Shown: in pieces, positions 38,801 through 46,816 of the stretch
Position numbering within the stretch: the stretch's first letter is position 1
Layout: every line of letters starts with the position of its first letter
Source of the DNA: Nemertoderma westbladi
Taxonomy: Eukaryota; Animalia; Xenacoelomorpha
DNA: 48,684 nt
Assembly: GCA_032718475.1 (NCBI GenBank)
Contig: JAUCBJ010004280.1
Location: 1-48,684 of the forward strand
Direction of reading: 5' to 3'
Notes under the pieces: generated by a model
What the model saw: only the letters and a program-made list of their open reading frames with translations
Told to the model about the DNA's origin: nothing
Database searches by the model: none
Translations under genes and position numbers: made by a program

Positions 38801-41800
38801 GGTAGCTTTGGGATGGTCTGGGAAGGTTGGTTTATATAAGTTAGGCACTGGTAGCTTTGGGATGGTCTGGGAAGGTTGGTTTATATAAGTTAGGCACTGG
38901 TAGCTTTGGGATGGTCTGGGAAGGTTGGTTTATATAAGTTAGGCACTGGTAGCTTTGGGATGGTCTGGGAAGGTTGGTTTATATAAGTTAGGCACTGGTA
39001 GCTTTGGGATGGTCTGGGAAGGTTGGTTTATATAAGTTAGGCACTGGTAGCTTTGGGATGGTCTGGGAAGGTTGGTTTATATAAGTTAGGCACTCGGTAG
39101 CTTTGGGATGGTCTGGGAAGGTTGGTTTATATAAGTTAGGCACTGGTAGCTTTGGGATGGTCTGGGAAGGTTGGTTTATATAAGTTAGGCACTGGTAGCT
39201 TTGGGATGGTCTGGGAAGGTTGGTTTATATAAGTTAGGCACTCATAGCTTTGGGATGGTCTGGGAAGGTTGGTTTATATAAGTTAGGCACTGGTAGCTTT
39301 GGGATGGTCTGGGAAGGTTGGTTTATATAAGTTAGGCACTCATAGCTTTGGGATGGTCTGGGAAGGTTGGTTTATATAAGTTAGGCACTGGTAGCTTTGG
39401 GATGGTCTGGGAAGGTTGGTTTATATAAGTTAGGCACCGGTAGCTTTGGGATGGTCTGGGAAGGTTGGTTTATATAAGTTAGGCACTGGTAGCTTTGGGA
39501 TGGTCTGGGAAGGTTGGTTTATATAAGTTAGGCACTGGTAGCTTTGGGATGGTCTGGGAAGGTTGGTTTATATAAGTTAGGCACTGGTAGCTTTGGGATG
39601 GTCTGGGAAGGTTGGTTTATATAAGTTAGGCACTCATAGCTTTGGGATGGTCTGGGAAGGTTGGTTTATATAAGTTAGGCACTGGTAGCTTTGGGATGGT
39701 CTGGGAAGGTTGGTTTATATAAGTTAGGCACTCGTAGCTTTGGGATGGTCTGGGAAGGTTGGTTTATATAAGTTAGGCACTCATAGCTTTGGGATGGTCT
39801 GGGAAGGTTGGTTTATATAAGTTAGGCACTCGTAGCTTTGGGATGGTCTGGGAAGGTTGGTTTATATAAGTTAGGCACTCATAGCTTTGGGATGGTCTGG
39901 GAAGGTTGGTTTATATAAGTTAGGCACTGGTAGCTTTGGGATGGTCTGGGAAGGTTGGTTTATATAAGTTAGGCACTCATAGCTTTGGGATGGTCTGGGA
40001 AGGTTGGTTTATATAAGTTAGGCACTCGTAGCTTTGGGATGGTCTGGGAAGGTTGGTTTATATAAGTTAGGCACTCGTAGCTTTGGGATGGTCTGGGAAG
40101 GTTGGTTTATATAAGTTAGGCACTGGTAGCTTTGGGATGGTCTGGGAAGGTTGGTTTATATAAGTTAGGCACTGGTAGCTTTGGGATGGTCTGGGAAGGT
40201 TGGTTTATATAAGTTAGGCACTGGTAGCTTTGGGATGGTCTGGGAAGGTTGGTTTATATAAGTTAGGCACTGGTAGCTTTGGGATGGTCTGGGAAGGTTG
40301 GTTTATATAAGTTAGGCACTGGTAGCTTTGGGATGGTCTGGGAAGGTTGGTTTATATAAGTTAGGCACTGGTAGCTTTGGGATGGTCTGGGAAGGTTGGT
40401 TTATATAAGTTAGGCACTGGTAGCTTTGGGATGGTCTGGGAAGGTTGGTTTATATAAGTTAGGCACTGGTAGCTTTGGGATGGTCTGGGAAGGTTGGTTT
40501 ATATAAGTTAGGCACTCATAGCTTTGGGATGGTCTGGGAAGGTTGGTTTATATAAGTTAGGCACTGGTAGCTTTGGGATGGTCTGGGAAGGTTGGTTTAT
40601 ATAAGTTAGGCACTGGTAGCTTTGGGATGGTCTGGGAAGGTTGGTTTATATAAGTTAGGCACTGGTAGCTTTGGGATGGTCTGGGAAGGTTGGTTTATAT
40701 AAGTTAGGCACTGGTAGCTTTGGGATGGTCTGGGAAGGTTGGTTTATATAAGTTAGGCACTGGTAGCTTTGGGATGGTCTGGGAAGGTTGGTTTATATAA
40801 GTTAGGCACTGGTAGCTTTGGGATGGTCTGGGAAGGTTGGTTTATATAAGTTAGGCACTGGTAGCTTTGGGATGGTCTGGGAAGGTTGGTTTATATAAGT
40901 TAGGCACTCATAGCTTTGGGATGGTCTGGGAAGGTTGGTTTATATAAGTTAGGCACTGGTAGCTTTGGGATGGTCTGGGAAGGTTGGTTTATATAAGTTA
41001 GGCACTCATAGCTTTGGGATGGTCTGGGAAGGTTGGTTTATATAAGTTAGGCACTGGTAGCTTTGGGATGGTCTGGGAAGGTTGGTTTATATAAGTTAGG
41101 CACTGGTAGCTTTGGGATGGTCTGGGAAGGTTGGTTTATATAAGTTAGGCACTGGTAGCTTTGGGATGGTCTGGGAAGGTTGGTTTATATAAGTTAGGCA
41201 CTCGTAGCTTTGGGATGGTCTGGGAAGGTTGGTTTATATAAGTTAGGCACTGGTAGCTTTGGGATGGTCTGGGAAGGTTGGTTTATATAAGTTAGGCACT
41301 GGTAGCTTTGGGATGGTCTGGGAAGGTTGGTTTATATAAGTTAGGCACTGTTAGCTTTGGGATGGTCTGGGAAGGTTGGTTTATATAAGTTAGGCACTGG
41401 TAGCTTTGGGATGGTCTGGGAAGGTTGGTTTATATAAGTTAGGCACTCATAGCTTTGGGATGGTCTGGGAAGGTTGGTTTATATAAGTTAGGCACTGGTA
41501 GCTTTGGGATGGTCTGGGAAGGTTGGTTTATATAAGTTAGGCACTCGTAGCTTTGGGATGGTCTGGGAAGGTTGGTTTATATAAGTTAGGCACTCATAGC
41601 TTTGGGATGGTCTGGGAAGGTTGGTTTATATAAGTTAGGCACTGGTAGCTTTGGGATGGTCTGGGAAGGTTGGTTTATATAAGTTAGGCACTGGTAGCTT
41701 TGGGATGGTCTGGGAAGGTTGGTTTATATAAGTTAGGCACTGGTAGCTTTGGGATGGTCTGGGAAGGTTGGTTTATATAAGTTAGGCACTGGTAGCTTTG

Positions 41801-44800
41801 GGATGGTCTGGGAAGGTTGGTTTATATAAGTTAGGCACTGGTAGCTTTGGGATGGTCTGGGAAGGTTGGTTTATATAAGTTAGGCACTGGTAGCTTTGGG
41901 ATGGTCTGGGAAGGTTGGTTTATATAAGTTAGGCACTGGTAGCTTTGGGATGGTCTGGGAAGGTTGGTTTATATAAGTTAGGCACTCATAGCTTTGGGAT
42001 GGTCTGGGAAGGTTGGTTTATATAAGTTAGGCACCGGTAGCTTTGGGATGGTCTGGGAAGGTTGGTTTATATAAGTTAGGCACTGTCAGCTTTGGGATGG
42101 TCTGGGAAGGTTGGTTTATATAAGTTAGGCACCGGTAGCTTTGGGATGGTCTGGGAAGGTTGGTTTATATAAGTTAGGCACTGGTAGCTTTGGGATGGTC
42201 TGGGAAGGTTGGTTTATATAAGTTAGGCACTCATAGCTTTGGGATGGTCTGGGAAGGTTGGTTTATATAAGTTAGGCACTCATAGCTTTGGGATGGTCTG
42301 GGAAGGTTGGTTTATATAAGTTAGGCACTCATAGCTTTGGGATGGTCTGGGAAGGTTGGTTTATATAAGTTAGGCACTGGTAGCTTTGGGATGGTCTGGG
42401 AAGGTTGGTTTATATAAGTTAGGCACTCATAGCTTTGGGATGGTCTGGGAAGGTTGGTTTATATAAGTTAGGCACTGGTAGCTTTGGGATGGTCTGGGAA
42501 GGTTGGTTTATATAAGTTAGGCACTGGTAGCTTTGGGATGGTCTGGGAAGGTTGGTTTATATAAGTTAGGCACTCATAGCTTTGGGATGGTCTGGGAAGG
42601 TTGGTTTATATAAGTTAGGCACTCGTAGCTTTGGGATGGTCTGGGAAGGTTGGTTTATATAAGTTAGGCACTCATAGCTTTGGGATGGTCTGGGAAGGTT
42701 GGTTTATATACGTTAGGCACTGGTAGCTTTGGGATGGTCTGGGAAGGTTGGTTTATATAAGTTAGGCACTCATAGCTTTGGGATGGTCTGGGAAGGTTGG
42801 TTTATATAAGTTAGGCACTCATAGCTTTGGGATGGTCTGGGAAGGTTGGTTTATATAAGTTAGGCACTCGTAGCTTTGGGATGGTCTGGGAAGGTTGGTT
42901 TATATAAGTTAGGCACTGGTAGCTTTGGGATGGTCTGGGAAGGTTGGTTTATATAAGTTAGGCACTGGTAGCTTTTATGATACTATTTCAGGTGTATACC
43001 ATTCTCCCGATAATGAGGTCATCGGCGTTGCCGTCAAAACCGTCAACGAAAATGCATCGGTTCGCGACCGTATCGAATTCCTTAACGAAGCCTCCGTGAT
43101 GAAGTCCTTCGATTGCTATCACGTGGTTAAACTCGTGGGGGTCGTTAGTAAAGGCCAACCCACTCTGGTGGTTATGGAGTTGATGCTCCAAGGCGATCTC
43201 AAAAACTATCTGCGTTCGTTGCGGGATCTCGATTCCGATATTAAACTGAAACTCTCCGTGGCCATCAACTGGTCCGGCCAGATCGCCGATGGGATGGCCT
43301 ACCTCGCCGCCAAGAAGTTTGTCCATCGCGATCTCGCCGCGAGGAACTGCATGGTCGCCGACCAGTTTACCGTGAAGATCGGAGACTTCGGGATGACTCG
43401 GGATATTTACGAGACGGACTATTACCGGAAGGGCGGCAAGGGTTTGCTACCGGTCCGCTGGATGGCCCCCGAGTCCCTCAAGGACGGAGTGTTCGCGTGG
43501 CACAGCGATGTCTGGAGTTACGGCATCGTTCTCTGGGAGATGGCCACCTTGGCTTCCCAACCATACCAGGGACTCAGTAACGAACAGGTTAGTCTGTGTG
43601 GCTTGGCTTCCCAACCATACCAGGGACTCAGTAACGAACAGGTTAGTCTGTGTGGCTTGGCTTCCCAACCATACCAGGGACTCAGTAACGAACAGGTTAG
43701 TCTGTGTGGCTTGGCTTCCCAACCATACCAGGGACTCAGTAACGAACAGGTTAGTCTGTGTGGCTTGGCTTCCCAACCATACCAGGGACTCAGTAACGAA
43801 CAGGTTAGTCTGTGTGGCTTGGCTTCCCAACCATACCAGGGACTCAGTAACGAACAGGTTAGTCTATGTGGCTTGGCTTCCCAACCATACCAGGGACTCA
43901 GTAACGAACAGGTTAGTCTGTGTGGCTTGGCTTCCCAACCATACCAGGGACTCAGTAACGAACAGGTTAGTCTGTGTGGCTTGGCTTCCCAACCATACCA
44001 GGGACTCAGTAACGAACAGGTTAGTCTGTGTGGCTTGGCTTCCCAACCATACCAGGGACTCAGTAACGAACAGGTTAGTCTGTGTGGCTTGGCTTCCCAA
44101 CCATACCAGGGACTCAGTAACGAACAGGTTAGTCTGTGTGGCTTGGCTTCCCAACCATACCAGGGACTCAGTAACGAACAGGTTAGTCTGTGTGGCTTGG
44201 CTTCCCATCCATACCAGGGACTCAGTAACGAACAGGTTAGTCTGTGTGGCTTGGCTTCCCAACCATACCAGGGACTCAGTAACGAACAGGTTAGTCTGTG
44301 TGGCTTGGCTTCCCAACCATACCAGGGACTCAGTAACGAACAGGTTAGTCTGTGTGGCTTGGCTTCCCAACCATACCAGGGACTCAGTAACGAACAGGTT
44401 AGTCTGTGTGGCTTGGCTTCCCAACCATACCAGGGACTCAGTAACGAACAGGTTAGTCTGTGTGGCTTGGCTTCCCAACCATACCAGGGACTCAGTAACG
44501 AACAGGTTAGTCTGTGTGGCTTGGCTTCCCAACCATACCAGGGACTCAGTAACGAACAGGTTAGTCTGTGTGGCTTGGCTTCCCAACCATACCAGGGACT
44601 CAGTAACGAACAGGTTAGTCTGTGTGGCTTGGCTTCCCAACCATACCAGGGACTCAGTAACGAACAGGTTAGTCTGTGTGGCTTGGCTTCCCAACCATAC
44701 CAGGGACTCAGTAACGAACAGGTTAGTCTGTGTGGCTTGGCTTCCCAACCATACCAGGGACTCAGTAACGAACAGGTTAGTCTGTGTGGCTTGGCTTCCC

Positions 44801-46363
44801 AACCATACCAGGGACTCAGTAACGAACATGTTAGTCTGTGTGGCTTGGCTTCCCAACCATACCAGGGACTCAGTAACGAACAGGTTAGTCTGTGTGGCTT
44901 GGCTTCCCAACCATACCAGGGACTCAGTAACGAACAGGTTAGTCTGTGTGGCTTGGCTTCCCAACCATACCAGGGACTCAGTAACGAACAGGTTAGTCTG
45001 TGTGGCTTGGCTTCCCAACCATACCAGGGACTCAGTAACGAACAGGTTAGTCTGTGTGGAAGCCTCTACAGCACACTGTGCCATCTAATTATCTCCACCT
45101 GCTATAATAACCAAATATTGTAGCCAAATATTGAAAACGAGTTCCCTTTTTATACTTTCAATTATTTATCTTTCACACATTGCCTTTCTCGTCCATCTTA
45201 TTGACAATAAATTACACGTCATGTTACAGGTGTTGAAGACGGTTATCGAAGGGAACGTGCTAGAGAAGCCGGATGGCTGCCCTGATCGGCTCTATGACTT
45301 AATGAAACTGTGTTGGAATTACAACGCGAGACAACGTCCAACCTTCATCCGTCTCATAGAAATTCTACTGGGCGATCTCCGTGATAAGTTTATGGAGGTT
45401 TCATACTATTCGACTACGCTGCAGTCGAAACCAACTACAGTTGATAATGAATCTGGATACGGTGCATCAACAGGACGGGGTGCAGGATACGGTAAGTCTA
45501 CAAGACGGGGTGCAGGATACGGTAAGTATACAGGGCGGAGTGCACGGTAAGTCTACAGGACGGGGTGCAGGATTCGGTAAGTCTACAGGACGGGGTGCAG
45601 GATACGGTAAGTATACAGGACGGGGTGCAGGATACGGTAAGTCTACAGGACGGGGTGCAGGATGGTAAGTCTACAGGACGGGGTGCAGGAAACGGTAAGT
45701 CTACAGGACGGGGTGCAGGATACGGTAAGTCTACAGGACGGGGTGCAGGATACGGTAAGTCTACAGGACGGGGTGCATGATAAGGTAAGTCTACAGGACG
45801 GGGTGCAAGATACGGGAAGTCTACAGGACGGGGTACAGGATACGGTAAGTCTACAGGACGGGGTGCAGGATACGGTAAGTCTACAGGACTGGTTGCAGGA
45901 TACGGTAAGTCTACAGGACTGGTTGCAGGATACGGTAAGTCTACAGGACGGAGTGCAGGATACGGTAAGTCGACAGGACGGGGTGCAGGATACGGTAAGT
46001 CTACAGGACTGGTTGCAGGATACGGTAAGTCTACAGGACGGGGTGCAGGATACGGTAAGTGTACAGGACGGGGTGCAGGATACGGTAAGTATACAGGACG
46101 GGGTGCAGGATACGGTAAGTCTATTTAATTATCAGCATATTGCACTCTACTATTAATTGAATTTATTTGTAGGTGATAGCAGTTCAGCTTATAGTGAAGG
46201 GAATGCGGCTCTTCTGAGCCCTAGACGAGTTGAATCCATAGAAAAGGGACCCGGTACCGGTACCCAACCTAAAGGTGTCGACTGTCCGACTGCGGTGGTA
46301 CTGAGTAAGCCATCGGTAGGTCTACGAGTCCCTGGTTTCCCCAGCGATTCCACTAAATGCTAA
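2677..46363 (+). CDS. InR: Insulin/IGF-like peptide receptor tyrosine kinase, 5'-partial, 12 exons: 2677-2800, 4445-4659, 5241-5411, 8143-8338, 19968-20069, 29122-29288, 29483-29712, 33842-34075, 34320-34659, 42992-43587, 45230-45491, 46173-46363
   Basis: Manual splicing gives one continuous frame with GT-AG introns and matching phases. Diagnostic motifs: GEDACG, CCRC...[11 protein letters not shown] (alphaCT), [59 protein letters not shown]. Confidence 0.95.
2911..4335. repeat. Minisatellite, 16-bp unit TTCACTGAGTCCAATG, ~88 copies, moderately diverged
   Basis: Directly visible; fills most of intron 2801-4444. Confidence 0.97.
4445..4659 (+). CDS. InR: InR exon, FnIII-1 ([19 protein letters not shown]...QYAVFIKG...[13 protein letters not shown])
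   Basis: ttttatag acceptor and gtaagt donor at 4660. Contains the conserved DACG..W inter-chain cysteine motif and QYA.F. Confidence 0.93.
5241..5411 (+). CDS. InR: InR exon, FnIII-2a (TPTIPRDL...[20 protein letters not shown]...NYCDD)
   Basis: tgcag acceptor and gttagt donor at 5412. Contains the W..P...NG....Y...W and NYC motifs. Confidence 0.92.
6842..7978. repeat. Minisatellite, 47-bp unit GTATGTTGGTTGTGTATATGCGTGAAAAGTAG(T/C)CATATCTATTTCCG, ~24 copies
   Basis: Period 47 (6905, 6952...), one dimorphic T/C site. Confidence 0.97.
8143..8338 (+). CDS. InR: InR exon, insert domain alpha with CCxC and alphaCT ([35 protein letters not shown])
   Basis: tttttag acceptor and gtcagt donor at 8339. 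The cysteine cluster and FE..L.N..FV helix match alphaCT. Phases 1/2. Confidence 0.92.
9104..11376. repeat. Minisatellite with interspersed 37-bp and 42-bp units (with or without CCCTG): CCCTCCGTACTGTTGGATATGGTTGTTACCGTATGTG
   Basis: Directly visible; explains the ~770-aa ORFs in all three + frames. Confidence 0.97.
12391..12462 (-). mobile_element. tRNA-derived SINE head or tRNA pseudogene (Gly-TCC-like loop)
   Basis: Reverse complement GAGCCGAACCAGCTGAATGGTTAGAGCG...CTTCCAA...CCAGTTCGATACC has A-box and B-box-like motifs, but the acceptor and anticodon stems do not pair. Confidence 0.55.
13434..13639. mobile_element. MITE-like element (~206 bp) with CAGTGGCGTA / TACGCTACTG termini and internal poly(G)/poly(C)
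   Basis: Terminal inverted repeat with 9/10 match, followed by G- and C-runs. No clear TSD. Confidence 0.55.
13800..14200 (+). mobile_element. 5'-truncated non-LTR retrotransposon (CR1/L2-group) 3' end
   Basis: 13812-14024 translates to [70 protein letters not shown], the H.Y.TR...G..WN.LP..I....F...LK..L pattern of L2/CR1-group ORF2 C-termini. A T-rich UTR and AATAAAAA follow at ~14193. Confidence 0.75.
15003..15750. repeat. Minisatellite, 34-bp unit TATATCCCCAATGGTTCC(C/A)GTACCGCGTTGTTTC, ~22 copies
   Basis: Directly visible periodicity. Confidence 0.97.
16680..19570. repeat. Minisatellite, 23-bp unit CACAAAGTGTAGTTGAACGGTGG, ~125 copies, diverged at left and homogeneous at right
   Basis: Directly visible; source of the many minus-strand Cys/His/Thr-rich ORFs. 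Confidence 0.96.
19968..20069 (+). CDS. InR: Candidate InR 102-nt symmetric (phase 2-2) insert-domain exon ([33 protein letters not shown])
   Basis: Strong acceptor cttgcttttcccacag, donor AG|gtatta, open in the required frame, length 3n, NGT and NIS sequons. No homology support available. Confidence 0.6.
21305..22141. mobile_element. Foldback-like element: long imperfect inverted arms made of ~21-bp subrepeats
   Basis: Left arm has CCCCCAAAAACAATTATTCAT-like units; right arm has AATGTATTTGTTTTGGGGGAA units. Outer ends are related as inverted copies (CCACTAATTGAATGCCACCCCAAATTAGATGA versus reverse complement CAACCAATTAAAGTCATCCCAAAATTGATGA). Confidence 0.65.
22449..26350. repeat. Satellite array, 41-bp unit TCTAAAATTCAGTTCTATTTCGGAATACGTTTTATTCAAAG, ~95 copies
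   Basis: Period 41 (22491, 22532...); contains a 1275-bp higher-order duplication. Confidence 0.98.
29122..29288 (+). CDS. InR: InR insert-domain exon, Ser/Thr/Asp-rich ([23 protein letters not shown]...QGNVTVMT)
   Basis: ttttgtttcag acceptor and gtaagc donor at 29289. Phase 2-to-1 is exactly what links the alphaCT exon to the 29483 exon. GC-richer than its flanks. Confidence 0.7.
29483..29712 (+). CDS. InR: InR exon, end of insert and FnIII-2b (NIRKRGEG...[18 protein letters not shown]...CSVVA)
   Basis: cttgtttatcag acceptor and gtgagt donor at 29713. Contains the L.H...Y.I....CN...CS motif. Confidence 0.9.
30131..33679 (+). mobile_element. Non-autonomous piggyBac-like element (TTAA|CCC...GGG|TTAA), ~3.5 kb, carrying the 39-bp array
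   Basis: TTAA at 30127-30130 and 33680-33683. Termini CCCTATTTGGCCCGG versus reverse complement CCCAATCACACCCGG. Recurrent subterminal TTTT(G)GGA(T/C)GCT(G/A)AT(T/C)A motifs at ~30324, 30484 and 33021, inverted near 33340 and 33500. No transposase. Confidence 0.6.
31773..32449. repeat. Minisatellite, 39-bp unit GTTAGTGATGGCGTTACACGTGAAGGACTTAGAGATTAA with 19- and 44-bp variants
   Basis: Directly visible; each unit has CACGTG. Confidence 0.95.
33842..34075 (+). CDS. InR: InR exon, FnIII-3 ([22 protein letters not shown]...LCIS...[11 protein letters not shown])
   Basis: ctttctag acceptor and gttagt donor at 34076. 234 nt, phase 0-0, W..P..PNG.I motif. Confidence 0.92.
34320..34659 (+). CDS. 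InR: InR exon: end of FnIII-3, transmembrane helix, juxtamembrane NPEY, kinase Gly-rich loop ([11 protein letters not shown])
   Basis: catcag acceptor; hydrophobic [25 protein letters not shown] followed by RKR; SVNPEYMS; [13 protein letters not shown]; donor AG|gttggt at 34660. Confidence 0.95.
34626..42975 (+). repeat. Splice-donor-spanning array, 49-bp unit TTAGGCACTGGTAGCTTTGGGATGGTCTGGGAAG|GTTGGTTTATATAAG, 170 full copies plus a partial
   Basis: The first 34 nt of copy 1 are coding ([12 protein letters not shown]). Units start at 34626, 34675... and the last partial starts at 42958 (8332 = 170x49 + two 1-nt insertions). Confidence 0.98.
42992..43587 (+). CDS. InR: InR kinase exon, subdomains II-IX
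   Basis: tatttcag acceptor; [38 protein letters not shown]; first donor CAG|gttagt at 43588. Confidence 0.97.
43549..45060 (+). repeat. Splice-donor-spanning array, 54-bp unit TTGGCTTCCCAACCATACCAGGGACTCAGTAACGAACAG|GTTAGTCTGTGTGGC, 28 copies, stop-free in the kinase frame
   Basis: 1512 = 28x54; first donor 43588, last 45046. Near-perfect copies (I see three substitutions). Confidence 0.98.
45230..45491 (+). CDS. InR: InR kinase C-lobe exon (VLKTVIEG...[13 protein letters not shown]...RPTF...SYY...GAGY)
   Basis: ttacag acceptor; CW....RP.F motif; first strong donor G|gtaagt at 45492. A second in-frame donor lies at 45522. Confidence 0.92.
45470..46123 (+). repeat. Splice-donor-spanning array, 30-bp unit ACAGGACGGGGTGCAGGATACG|GTAAGTCT, ~22 copies
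   Basis: 21 GTAAGT donors from 45492 to 46115 plus one mutated copy (45815); two shortened units (25 and 28 bp). Confidence 0.96.
46173..46363 (+). CDS. InR: InR terminal coding exon ([10 protein letters not shown]...FPSDSTKC*)
   Basis: tttatttgtag acceptor, phase 1 matching the upstream donor, TAA ending at 46363. Confidence 0.8.
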
Positions 46364-46816
46364 AGACAATAGGACGGTCCCCTTTATATCAATATGCCAT
46401 GCCCACCCATATTTTATCCAATCAGTGCAGTTATCGTTGTACGTTACATCAGTCATTGTGGAGTTTCTTGATGTTATTGGTTGTATCGTTTCACTACGAC
46501 GATTTTGATTGGATGTTTCATTATTCGGGGTTATAGGCCCCGATATTGCTACGGAGATAGCGAGGACCGTATTCTTTCATGGCCCATTCCATCTTTAGTA
46601 ATATTAAACTAACATTATTTTAAAACATTTTGTAACTAATTTATCATTTTAATTCATTATGGTAAACTGAGAAGTTACCTTTATAACTTTATGTCCGAGG
46701 CAATCAGTGATGATATTGTATGATTTGTAGAGGTCACTCCAAGGCATTCGTATACTGTGAGCATTGGGTATCCAGGTATCGGTAAACACATACGCAGAAT
46801 CATTTTGCGGGCCCCT

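Noticed and set aside
34626-42975. CRISPR-like array or telomeric repeat (TTAGGC)
   Set aside because: No unique spacers or cas genes, eukaryotic context, and TTAGGC occurs once per 49-bp unit as part of the Leu-Gly codons.
42925-45123. 732-aa ORF as a stand-alone kinase with 28 C-terminal repeats
   Set aside because: It begins in intronic repeat and omits the kinase C-lobe encoded at 45230-45491; better explained as an exon plus donor array.
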